64,000 nt of DNA, taken from the NCBI GenBank assembly GCA_051362555.1, contig CM120647.1, forward strand, positions 4,712,001 to 4,776,000, written 5' to 3'. Position numbers and translations under genes: made by a program. The notes beneath the pieces were generated by a model, which made no database searches, was not told where the DNA came from, and saw only the letters and a list, made by a program, of their open reading frames with translations. How positions within the stretch are numbered: the first letter of the stretch is position 1; each line of letters opens with the position of its first letter. Below are positions 52,223 through 64,000 of the stretch, piece by piece. The DNA comes from Lingula anatina. Lineage: Eukaryota; Animalia; Brachiopoda.

Positions 52223-53295
52223 AAATACCTATCTATTAGTAAAGGTTTCGGAAAACAGTCTAGAACAAAATGGCCTCATTCCGCTGCCTGTTCACAGAAT
52301 GTGGTGCTTTTTTATTTTTCAGTGATTGTTTTAATCTGCTTGATTCCTTTTTGTTATGGTGTGTCTGAAATTATTTTTTAGAATTTGCATTTATGTATAT
52401 ATCCCTTTTGTGTCAGACTTATACGGTTCCTTAATCTAGATAAAGTCCTGAAGAAATTTTATTATAGTTCAAACTACAATCATATTAATCTTATGTCTCT
52501 GACATTTTAAATTCAAATATGTAGAGTTTACATTTTAAACTTAAAAAAGAAAAAAAATACAAAATTGTATATTTTGGAAAATAAATGAATAAATTGTAAT
52601 TGGAGATGAAAAGCGCAAATTGATTTTTACAATGTTCACACTCTCTCTAAATATGACTGGGTTCCCATGCCTAGAACGATCCATATGGATCGGTCTAATT
52701 CCAGTGGGAGTGTCACTATTTTGTTATCAGCAAAACTGCCTTAAATGTCTGTCACGCCTGCCGAATCAGCCAGGGTAAAGATAATTACCATCTAACAGCT
52801 TTACTAGACGTGACAGACATTTAAGACGGTTAAGATGTTAGCAATTTAGTGAGACTTCCCAATGAGTAAGATCAATCCAAATATCTATGGGAATGGCCCC
52901 TAAGTTGCACCTCAAGTTACCACAAGCAGTGTAATTGCCTGAAAGGCGAAATATTTCGACTTGTAGCTCTTATGAACCTTTAATAATGATTTACACTCTT
53001 GTTATTCTATAATCTAGTTAAGCAAATGCTTATAAATAATAGTTGGACATTATTATTATTATGATTATACTGATGTTTCCCCAATTCTGATTAATGCTGA
53101 AGATTTTAACAAGAGTAAGGCATGATTTTAAGAAAATTGAATTTTAAAAGCTTCGCAGGCTTGCTCAAACGAGAGTGATATTTAAGTCTCATGATAATTT
53201 ATCTGCCCCAGGGAATTTATTGTAATTTTATTTAGCATTAACTTAAAAAAAGTCAGTCACATAAGGGACTCAGACATAACAAACGTATTATTCCT

Positions 53296-53447
53296 CCACT
53301 GCCAGACCAAGCCCATGCTTCAACCCAGTGCTTAGTGCTGAGTGCCAAGTACCGTTTATAAAGGACTGGTATGTACCCCGACGGGTTTCAACCCACGTCC
53401 TCCCGCTCTGGAGATGGACACTCTAACCGCAAGGCCATCCGGTCGGT
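53296..53447 (-). mobile_element. tRNA-derived SINE, V-SINE-like
   Basis: Minus strand has A-box-like GATGGCCTTGCGG and B-box-like GGGTTGAAACCC, then ATACCAGTCCTTTATAAACGGTACTTGGCACTCAGCA resembling the V-domain. Confidence 0.6.
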
Positions 53448-53801
53448 TGTAATAATTAAGTACAAGTTTGCTTAACACCCCAGTTAATGAATGATAAGAA
53501 AGACCAACTGAGTCGTATTTACTACCTCGCGTAACATCAGTTAGATAAAGACAACAACTTCGTCACATCTTCAGCTCGGTCTGTCACGCCATTGCTGGCG
53601 GATGACTTCCACAGACTTCTCCACGCTTGGCGTGTTGTCGTAGGAGTGGAGTTCAACCATAACTCATCACAGTTTTCATGGTTGGTGCCTGACATGAATA
53701 TGCCCGATTGCTTGAGTTGTGACCTCGGCAGGCATGTTTTATTTTGCTGGTGTCAGCCTGAATGGCCTGGTCCGACTACATACCATCATGTATTCAATAA
53801 A

Positions 53802-54018
53802 GGCTCCATAACACTGGACGGCGCCCTTTCTGCGTTCCGTAGTACGGCCCCGTATGAGAGTAAAAAAGAAAGATTTAACGGGTCGACAACTGGCCGATAA
53901 TTGATAATTCATTCTGCAACCAAAGATGTGCTTGTGCCTCCTTGCTACGACCACAGGAGTACCAGATACATGGTTGAACAGAGGACGTAGAAAGGACGCC
54001 GTCTAGTGTGGAGGGGTT
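53802..54018. mobile_element. diverged CCCCCTTTACACTGG-family MITE
   Basis: ACACTGGACGGCGCCCTTTCTGCGT ... ACGTAGAAAGGACGCCGTCTAGTGT. Confidence 0.65.
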
Positions 54019-54849
54019 TAAAAGTCGTCTCCAATCCGAAACCATTCAAGCCAATGTAGCACAATGGCTTGTTATTGCAGTCTTGTTCAGTCGAGCAGGC
54101 AACTGTGTTAAGCAAACTTGTAAAATTCCCGAAGCTTTGCTAATGTGCAGACAAGAATGGACATTGAATAGTAATTCTGTCACGCTTGAGACTTTAGTAT
54201 GGACGCTCTTTTCGTTCTTTTAGAACTGTTCTCGTAGAACTGAACGTGTGTCAGTGAGGGGGTGGGGTCGATTCATGGGCTCAATTTGCTAATCGAAAAT
54301 TGATTGTTTCACTTCATCTAACATACTCTCTCTCTCTGGGTGAATTATCATGAACAGTTTGTTCTTGTGAGCAAGGCGTGAGAACATGAGAAAATCTTTT
54401 AAGGTATACTGAAGTTAACGGAATGACCTAGCAAAGGTATATGTAAGCAAGAGACAACAAGGTCGTTACATTTCTCGTTAATTTTCAGAGCAAATTAATG
54501 GCATGTTAAATTCACTCTTTCCCTTACTAATGTATCATCATCAAATGACAGAAGGTTCAGGCTCATATATCGCATAACTTACCTAAAATGACGACCCAGA
54601 ACCCATTTTGAACTATAAAGTTTCTAAATGTTGATGCACACTTAGAATGAATACTGGAGCACGCCTTGCTACTTGCTGCACTACGTTATAATCTTATAGA
54701 TCGTATTATTGTTGGGAACGGAAATATTTATAATATTGAGAAAAATATTAATGTGAAAAATATCGATTAATATTTTGTGGTCAACGCAACGCATTATACA
54801 CAGTTACAGATGGTAGGCACTTTCATTAAATAGATATGTGAATGACAGA

Positions 54850-54883
<34 letters not shown>

Positions 54884-55018
54884 TCTGATACCCTGGTGTA
54901 GCAAATCACGGAGGTGCTGTGAGAATAATCGATCTGCACACCCAGTTTTTCAACCCAATTTTCCAATTAAGTAAACGAAATCATATAATACCCTTTATTA
55001 ATATTTCAAAGTCAACTA

Positions 55019-55057
<39 letters not shown>

Positions 55058-55058
55058 A

Positions 55059-55089
<31 letters not shown>

Positions 55090-55289
55090 AACGACAGCAA
55101 AACTCGCTGATGACAAGCAAGAATAAAAGCCTGGTGATATTTGTGCAGACACGACTGTGCTACTCCCAGTGGCAGGGTGCGCTATTAGTCTGGCTGTAAC
55201 ATCTTTTTGATTTACCTTTACTATTTTAGAGGTCCCTAGATGGTGCTCGCATTCCGGGTTAGCATATTTATTATCGTGTGTTGGACAAC

Positions 55290-58200
55290 ATGGAAAATAC
55301 ATCGTGTTGGAAGCTATTCTGCGCCGTCTTGGGAATCTTAGAAGCTGCTGTCTACTCTGCTACGTTATTCGGATGGCCAGCGTATGTGTATATATTCATA
55401 GAGGAACACTTTTACTATTCCCTTTGTCGTTTTGACTCTAGAGCGAATGCTAGCAGTGACATTGTAGAACTTGCCTGTACTGGTTTTGATAATTGCACTC
55501 ACGAAAATGCCGAAGATGGTCGCGTTCAAAATTGCACTGAGCAGGAAGGGATGTTAAACTTAGTCTACACGGTGGCATTTGTCGGTTTAGCGGCTCTCTC
55601 AATGCTGGGGTATATTTTTTATCACTGTGGGACAGTGTTCGTGAGAACCATATCCATGTAAGTATAGGTAATATGAACACATTACAACTCAGTAGAATGT
55701 TCAAGGTGAATTCATGATCATCATTGCGTGTCATTGAGCGTTAAACTTGACTTTCATGTGAGAAAGATGTATTTCTCTGCCTTGTGCTCTCTCTCTCTCT
55801 CTCCCTCTCTCTGTACGAATGTATTGGAAACCATGTTAAAACATGTACACTTGTTAAACGACGGCTTTTTTGAGAGAACATTTAATTCTAAGGAAATGAC
55901 AGTAGCATTTGATTGATCTTTGGGGGTTTTCTTTTAGATGTCTATGTGCTGGTGGGTTCTTTCTGATGGCGTTAGCAGAATCAGGTATGAATAAAAAAAA
56001 ATCTTTCCGAAAAACATAAACTCGTAACTTAAATCTTCGAGAAGAAAGTCACTCGAATGAAACAAGTACACGCACGCACAGCTTTCCAAAATATTTAAGA
56101 CTACCATAAATTTTGAAATTTTGGCGTCGAGGCAGTCACAAGTGTTAAACAGTTAACAACAGTGTGTCAAAAAGTAAATGGTCTCGGCATGTTCAGTGAA
56201 GGAGAACACTTTATATGCATTACACACAATAAATGGAATTTTAATTATTAAAATAATTACAATTTGCAATTTTTAATAAATAAATAGTGTTTTTTTTATT
56301 TTCTTTGTACAGGAACAGAGTGGCTGCTATTCCCTGGGGCGGTATTTCACCTACTGGGAGGGGTGCAGATGGCTGTAACGGACGTCCAAGTAGCCACGCT
56401 TTTTCCTAAGCTAAAGGCAACACTCACCTGTTTGGTTTCCGGTGCTATGGGCATAAGTGGTTTTGTACCTATCTTGTTGAAGGTTAGGACCATCTATATC
56501 ACTCGACTGACACAAAAGGACATTCACAAATACGCAAGCACACACCAAAATATGTTGTATCTGTATATTCAAATATTTTAAAGCATTAAAGTCATAATAA
56601 CTCTTCGTTTTGGCCAAAATTGGATTTCCTGGAGTAAACGGCAATTTCCCCGTACATACCAATGGTCAACGACCCCATTCCTGCAATCAAAGTTAGTCCA
56701 GGGTTTTTTTCCTAAACGTTTTTTTTTTTTTTTTTTTTTTTTTGTTAAAATATCTTATGAGATTTTAACTGACGGAGCCCTCTCTGTCATTGCATAGTCA
56801 CGCGGTATCGAGCGATAGTTTCTGGTGACCTACTTAAAACCGCGGGAAAAGCAGACAACAACAACACTATATAACAATAATATAAGATTCATAAGATATA
56901 TTCGTCTTATTGCTCAAAATGCATTTATATCTACAATGTGTGCAATTCTAATCATTATCCGACGCACAGTACAGAAACTCGCAACTTACGTCTTCGTATT
57001 GCGTCAGGCCTTTGACGCCAGATGTTATTTTGGTCTCGAATGAACGCGAGAATCCGCGAGACACCCAAACGTCATTGGCAACGGATGCCTTAACGACCGT
57101 GAAGAAAGGCATCGAAGGCCCTATTGACAAGCACATATTTTAGTTTTACTACAATAACGGCCGTTTTAGTGATAAAATACAATAGAATATATTTCCATAC
57201 GTTGTTTACAATGTATTTCTTGCGGAATTTTGAATCTCAAAGGAAGAGTTATTATTGCTAGTGAAGAATGCCTGTGCAAATGTAATTTCGATGGAACGCA
57301 ATTATGATAACAACTTTATAAACTGACACGATGATGAAGAAAACCCTCTGTTAAATGTAGGATGATCTGCTTAAAATATTTATTAAGATGACCATGCATG
57401 CCCAAAATGGCCAGTCGTAAGAATAAAAAAATAAATAAATAAATAACGCACCTCACCGACATATGGCAATCGTTTTTATCTTTTCCAAAATGTGATTTTT
57501 CTGATTATTTCGTAAAAGGTCAAAAAGACGTAACTGAAATAATACCATAGACTTCACCAATGGATGTATTTAATTATGCTACAACATTTTGTAGTTGGCG
57601 TATCAGGCTGGAGTGTCGTACAAGACGTGCATGTTCACTTTTACCGGTATCATACTCCTTATGTCTACTGCCAACACAATCATCCTTCCACCTAGACAGG
57701 ATGACGACGGGAACAACATTGACACAGCCTGTTGTTTAAAGATACGTAAAAGGTTCAACAGTACCAAGGAATCGCCTCCATCGTGCGGTAAGAGTAGTAC
57801 AACTGTCGACTGTAAGACCAAGCCAGATAGTGTTGATGAATTTGAATCGGACGACGAGATAAACGAAATTCAAATAATTGAAGAAGACTTTGCAACCGAA
57901 GCAACCACTTCATATAACGCAAATATTCGACCAAAGACGGAATCCGACCTTAATGTCGCTACTGACGCTTGGCATCAGCACAAAAACAAGGTCAATTCCT
58001 CGGAACCCCGTACTGACGGAAGTGCGAACATGGTCCCCGACGTAGAGAACTCTGAAAGCAAAGAAACAGACAAAGAGACTAACATAAGCTCACTTCAAGG
58101 CTCACTACTGGTTCTCAAAAATCCCACCTTTTGGATGTCGATGCTGTGGCTGTGTTGCCAGACAACTCTGATTGTTACCTTCCAAGGTAGTTTTTATGCG

Positions 58201-60302
58201 GTCATCAGTTACTACGGGAACAATGTCAAAAGTACAGGTAATTGATTTACGTGTATATCACTTAAAAAAAACTCCTGTAACACTGAGCTTGGATCACGAA
58301 TTTCGCCCACTCTCACGAACCATTTATTATATTTTTAATATCTGATCATCTTATTATGTCCTTATTATGTTACAGTAAGTACGTATACCGACGTGTTTTC
58401 CTGGTTCCAAGTTGGTGCTCTGTTCTGGGCCTTGCTGACTGGCTTGATTCTGGACAAACTGATGGCCGGGGCGACCAAAGAAGGTAATCAACATGATGAT
58501 GCTATTGACCGATCTGTGAGTGAAATGGTTTTCTTTGTTTAGAATATTTTTGCATTTTTGATTAAAAGCAAAATAATATATTAACTAGAATGTGAAAATG
58601 TGTTTTTCATAATGTAAGCGAGTAAAGTAAGTATGGGAGTTCTTCAATAGGAACAAACTTTAAATGCAAATACCACCAGTCATAAACGTCCATGCAAAAT
58701 ATACTACCCCAAAGAGGTTAGGGAACACCCGCCATTCGAGATACAAATGTCTACAGTTATTACAATTTGGCAATTCTAAGACAAAGGCATATGTCAGTAT
58801 TGGATGACATTTCTAGTTTAACTGTATTGCAATAAAAATATTTTCTTACTTTTAAAAAGTAACGATTTTGATCATTCTGTGGTTGTGGGGGATACGTAAA
58901 CATTTGGGTTAAATTATTTGGCCTTCCAACTTCTCAGCGTTTATGCTTGGGAAATTGAGCTTCTGATGGCTTACTAACAATGGCCCGTGCAAATAGCCAT
59001 TGTGGCAGAGAATTTACAGAGGCACTACCTGTAGCTATGCCCTGAATACCCCAAGGCGTAATTACTGGCAGCGCGAGCCAGTTACTTCCAACGCTGAAAT
59101 TAATACTCGGCGCTGCCAGTAATTACGCCGCGGGGTATCCAGGGCACAGACCGTGATCACAGGATACCGAAAATATGTCTCAAACGAGTATAATTCACCC
59201 GTGCAGTACAGATATCAATATAAACTTTATATTTTAGACAAAGAGCAACGCTTCATGGTTCCATTTGCCCTGACAGCTTTCGCAGGATTCGTGGTATCCA
59301 TTGCGTGCATCGTACCCATTATCGAGATGCAGTTTGTGGCCATTTTGTTCCACTCTCTGTTGAAAAGCGGAAGTTTCGCCGTGCATTTGGCATTCTTAGT
59401 TATCGCGTAAGTAAATCGGCAATAATACTTAAGTGTACTTTCTCTGCCTGTTGTTTTTATGCATCTGCATAATAGTCTCCTTATTTATTTATTTGTTTAT
59501 TTGTTTTATATATATATATTTTTTTTTTGCAAAGAAAAATACAAATTGGTCAGTGATTTCAATGATCATACTTTATGAATGGAATTTTGTTCCCAATTTT
59601 GTGATTTGGTGTAGTCATTCAGATCTAAAGGTAGTTTAAGGTATCTTGTGTCAAGATAGAAGTAACAAAGCATCATGCGGAAATGATACAGTTAATCGCC
59701 GGACAGATTTTCTTCCAACACAACGTTTTATTTACTTTAGGTTTCCGAAGGAACACACGGGGAAGGCATTTGGAATTCAAGTTTCCGTCGCTAATTTGCT
59801 AACATTTATTCAGTTTCCAATTTTTTCCTGGTACAAGTACAGCCTGGAAAGTGATCCATTCTGGGTACGTATGAACCGTTGTTTATATGCATAGGTCCAT
59901 TCTAAGAGATATAAGATAAATGTACCTGTAACACCAGAAGAAACTAGTTTAGGTCTATAGTGAATTCTTATAAACCTACTAGGTTTTTAGTTTTGCAGAT
60001 GCTGTATGTGTTGTAGACTACTTTGTCCAGCCAACAATGGTCTTTAGACCTTTCTGAGGTGCATATCATTTAGGGACATATATATATATTTTTACATGAG
60101 GAATGGGGCAACTACATTAACAGTAGAATGGTGAAGACACCTTTTCGTGACAGTAATTCTTCTTCTTCTTGTTGTTTTGCTTTATTTTATTTTGTAGTTG
60201 GGAGTTTTGTTCCTTGGGATATGCTGCATATCCAGCAGTTTGCCTTTTTACCTTCTTTGGCGTCGTTGTCGCTTCACAAGCTCTGACAGTTACAAACATT
60301 AG
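55290..60302 (+). CDS. SLC43A3: SLC43-family MFS transporter (SLC43A3/ENBT1-like)
   Basis: Exons 55290-55657, 55938-55984, 56313-56482, 57595-58237, 58376-58483, 59238-59406, 59741-59864, 60198-60302, in frame. Motifs: LEAAVYSATLFGWPAYVYIF, CTEQEGMLNLVYTVA, QVATLFPKLKAT, FPKEHTGKAFG, LTFIQFPIF. Confidence 0.88.
59037..59148. repeat. ~110-bp imperfect palindrome (small MITE) in an SLC43 intron
   Basis: TGCCCTGAATACCCCAAGGCGTAATTACTGGCAGCGC ... GCGCTGCCAGTAATTACGCCGCGGGGTATCCAGGGCA. Confidence 0.8.
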
Positions 60303-60737
60303 ATGGCAGCCAGGAAATACGCCAAAAGAAAACTGCCCGTTATATGTAGACGATGAGTTCCGATGCCACAAGCGGATTCCAGTTGTTCAAAAATTGCTGT
60401 TGCAAAAACACTACTAATTTATTGGAAAACGTCGCGCCAGAATCAGATCGTTTGTTTACCCTAAAGCCAGACAAAAAAGAAATGGGATATATTTACCGAC
60501 CATTATAAGAGATTTGGTGTTAACCACCGGAGTGTGTCATGTATGTCTGAAAGTGAAGAATAATTGTGTGATCAGGACCCGGTTTCATACATAATAAAAA
60601 CGTTTCCAGGATAAGGACCTTGTTATCAAGATTGCATGGTCACAAGGGCACATTTTACCCTATCAGAAACAGTGTTACAACCTAATCAACCAAATCAACT
60701 ACGCCAGAGCTGACTTTATTTATGTATTCATGAATTT

Positions 60738-60786
<49 letters not shown>

Positions 60787-62093
60787 TTTTATTTTATTTA
60801 TCGAGAAACTGCGGCTAGATCACCAGATCACCATTTACCCACGCTCGAGCGATCAACCCATCGTTCCCTAGTGAGCCATTCGCTTGCCATATAACGGTAT
60901 ATTGCACGTACTTGTAAATCATGTTAATCCATTACAGCGTTGTTTAAGAGTTTATTATATATCCTATGGTTGGTAGCGTCCTGGCCCCATTTCCTCTCAC
61001 TGAGCACTATTCATATATACCCTAAGGCCTGTACCCCGTTTGTTGAATATCGCACCTACCGGTACATGTACATGTTAACAATGTTAATACAATACAACCC
61101 CGATGCATTTATTTATCTATTTATTTATTTATTTATTTGCTATCTTTGTAGTTGTATTGCATTTCTGTATATGATATAGCATTCACTGCTTATAGTCCTT
61201 TTTATGTGATAAATCTCTTTACTATAATACATTATCTGCTTAGGGCAAAAAAAAACAAAAAACATGCAGTTATTCAATTCTGAAACTGTGAGGCAACTAG
61301 TAGTATCGGAGTTGCCAACAATAGAGAGCTTTCGCACTTGTACGTTTAGGCGAACGACTACGTTTAGGTCATCATATTTTGCTGTCTAGTGACGTGTATA
61401 CATACGGTTAGAGAGAACATTATCCGCAGCTAGATTGCTACCCGTCAATGAAAAACGGTTTGACAAATCAGCATAATATTATGAAATCAAAATTGATAAT
61501 GTCTATGCTAAAATCTTATTGGGCATTTTATTTTTGCAATATATGTGAAACATGTTGTCTCTGTTATTTGTGTCTATGTTTTTTGTTACTATTGAAATAT
61601 AGGTTATAGCCGTAAAAAGGCATTTTCCACTGACCACAAGGCAGTCAGAACTGGCCTTCCGCACGCGTGACTGATTGTATTTTAAGACTGTTAGGTCATC
61701 ATTTTGTGAGCAGTTGTTACGAGTACACATGTCTTTATAAGTGGTCTGTAGACTAGCCGTCTGCACTTGACGCATAACAAGCAGGATATCCGTATGGTAA
61801 GTGCCGTTTAGTAAGATACTACTAGTAGCTCGATTTTCTCCTTTAGTTGACAGGACATGTCTCCTTGACTTTTAATGCAAATTTTATGAAGCCTTGTTTC
61901 GAAAGTCACATGGCGCCCTGTTTTGTGTATTTGAACAAATGAATTATAAATAAAAGTAAGGGCAGCACATCTTTATTTACATGAAATTGTCTTTAATAGT
62001 AAATATTGATTAATATTTATTAGATCAGTAACAAAAACTGACGCTGCATTCATTGGTGACACGCTTATTTTTTCAGCTGAAAATTGCGACAAC

Positions 62094-62282
62094 ATGCCGC
62101 CAACTAAGAAGCGCCGTACTGATTCACCAGCAGATTACGTCAGTTACCCGAAAGACAAGTTGGCCTTCGAGAAAGAACGCTTTGAATTAGTAAAGAAAGA
62201 GCTAGAAGCTCAAATTGAGAGACAAGCAAATGATGGATATGGTTGTCTTTGGTTAAAAAGAAAAACTGAATTGACATACTAG
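62094..62282 (+). mobile_element. fragment of a probable Harbinger accessory (Myb/SANT-type, coiled-coil) ORF
   Basis: MPPTKKRRTDS...DYVSY.KDKLAFEKERFELVKKELE has an NLS-like motif plus a coiled coil, follows a splice acceptor and converges on the transposase relic. Confidence 0.45.
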
Positions 62283-62439
62283 GCTCTTGCTGCCTGCAAG
62301 ATACACATGGGCTGAATCTTTGTTAAAACATTAGTTTTTTTATTCAAGATTTCATTTAAATAAATGTTTGCTTGCGGTATGAATTTAACATTTTACTCTT
62401 AAACTTTCTCATACGCACAATGTACACGTGTACAGTTCA

Positions 62440-62778
62440 TGCTAAATAGTCCTCCAAGGTGGGAGGATCTAGTTAAAAGTACCTACTCATCTGATTGACA
62501 TACACACAGGTATGGCAGTTGACCAGAAGACCACCAACTAAGTAGTACGTGGCTACAGGAGACAACAGAACTTTTTTAATTCTTTCGAAAGTCCAGGAAG
62601 GCAAAGTGTAACAATAAGTTTCCGAACTCCCACTCGACGCATTCCCGCACAGAGGACATTCTCCTGTTGAATTCTTCGTCTTCAGCACTCAAATTTGCTC
62701 CTCTGAAGGGACTCAACAAATACCTTCTAACGGGGTAAGCCGGATCTCCATAAATTGCGTATGGAAGACCATTCCAAA
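62440..62778 (-). pseudogene. PIF/Harbinger DDE transposase C-terminal relic
   Basis: Minus-strand translation YAIYGDPAYPVRRYLLSPFRGANLSAEDEEFNRRMSSVRECVEWEFG...FAFLDFRKN*KVLLSPVATYY...NCHTCVYVNQMSRYF* shows the DDE_Tnp_4-type GDxAY and FN..MS.VR..VEW.FG motifs, with in-frame stops. Confidence 0.85.
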
Positions 62779-63324
62779 ATTACCTAACCTGTCCAATGAC
62801 GTCTCTGCATAAGCCTCGGTCACAACCGACCGTACGGGCTCTTACGGGCTGTTTGCGGCGTCCAAATTTTGCGCAGAATCTCACGCAAGGCCTTCTTACG
62901 CAATTTCGAGTTCGCAGACAGCCCGTAAGCACGTACGGAGGATGTTGGACATGTCCAAAATTTTCTACGAATAGCCTGCGAAGAGCGAAGCCGCAAACGT
63001 AACTTGCTCCCCTCGCACGGAGAGACGCGCGTTGTGCAAGACACACGTCGCAAGCAATGAAGGAGCAAGTGCCCTTTGCGTGTTGTGTAAGGCGCACGCC
63101 CTCACAACTAACGGACAAAGTCGAGAGCACACCGGGAATGCGTCTCACGTGCGTCACCCCACGCCTGGTGTATAAAAGGCGTGCTCACGACGAACGCTCG
63201 TTTATTTACAATGAACATCGACTATGTAACGTGTACAACAATTTTCAAAATTTTCAAATTTTTGCTCAATTTAGTTTCTAATGTGCCTCCAAAACTCCAA
63301 AAGGCAAGAGAAAAAAACTTACGT

Positions 63325-63730
63325 CCCAGCGGGCACTCAACGTTGATTCAACATTGAGGATAGGTTGAGATGATGTTGATCCATCAATATTGATAGATCA
63401 ACAAGATCTCAACATTGAATCAACCTTTTCTTGTCAACCAATTGTCAATGTTGATAGATCAACAGGGTCTCAACATTGATTTAACCTTTCTTTGTCAATC
63501 AATTTTCAATGTTGATAGATCAACAGGTTTTCAACATTGAATCAACCTTTTCTTGTCAACCAATTGTCAATGTTGATAGATCAACAGGGTCTCAACATTG
63601 ATTTTACCTTTCTTTGTCAATCAGTTTTCAATGTTGATAGATCAACAGGATTTCAACATTGAAACAACCTGTGTTTGTTAACCCTTTGTCAATGTTGACA
63701 TATCAACTGGATCTCAACATTGGGCCAACC
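63325..63730. repeat. ~60-61-bp satellite-like tandem array with alternating A/B units, probably inside a DNA element starting CCCAGCGGGCAC
   Basis: TCAACATTGA...TCAATGTTGATAGATCAACAGG recurs at about 63410, 63470, 63531, 63592, 63653 and 63714. Confidence 0.85.
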
Positions 63731-64000
63731 TTAACTTTATAACCTTAATCATAACCTTGATAATAGTTTTAAATGATTATCTCACTAGAGAGGTATGCAT
63801 AGGGGTAATTACCCCTCATAAAACGCTTGTTTTACCCCTTTTTCGTTAAAATTAATTTTGTGAAAAAAGCGGTCGTCCCTTTTTTTTTAAACTTTCCACA
63901 GGTTATCTTTAAGAAAAAGAAAAAAAAAACATAGGGTCACCAGCCTTACTTTATGGCAAATTAACAAAATTTTACTCAAGGTTGAAGAAAAAGCTTGAAA

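Noticed and set aside
62780-63281. Arg/Cys-rich ORFs suggesting a viral gene
   Set aside because: GC-rich repeat/hairpin sequence with no recognisable viral motif.
63325-63730. Possible CRISPR-like array with palindromic repeats
   Set aside because: The intervening sequences are homologous to each other, so this is a tandem satellite.

Overview
AT-rich, intron-containing animal genomic DNA, probably a marine invertebrate (inferred from the repeat types and gene content). I assembled six spliced genes by hand from GT-AG junctions and reading-frame continuity. (1-2) A head-to-head pair of SLC22 organic cation/anion transporter paralogues; the plus-strand copy has an apparent 23-bp frameshifting deletion in exon 3. 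(3) A 7-exon type-I membrane protein with a signal peptide, an ectodomain resembling a bacterial TPR family, a TM helix and an NPxY tail. (4) A GIMAP/AIG1 GTPase that can end either in a CaaX-like box (CYIC) or, by splicing, in a transmembrane tail anchor. (5) Divergent from it, a 3-coding-exon ~841-aa gene fusing a MACPF/stonustoxin-like N-terminus, a helical region, an AIG1 GTPase and a C-terminal hedgehog-type Hint+SRR (Hog) autoprocessing domain. (6) An SLC43A3-like transporter. The window also holds a variant initiator tRNA-Met gene, relics of BEL/Pao, Tc1 and Harbinger elements, a Kolobok-like element, a V-SINE-like copy, many MITEs and several recent local duplications. The best candidate for an undescribed system is the GIMAP / MACPF-GIMAP-Hog locus (42.7-51.8 kb). 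All assignments come from visual motif recognition; no searches were run.
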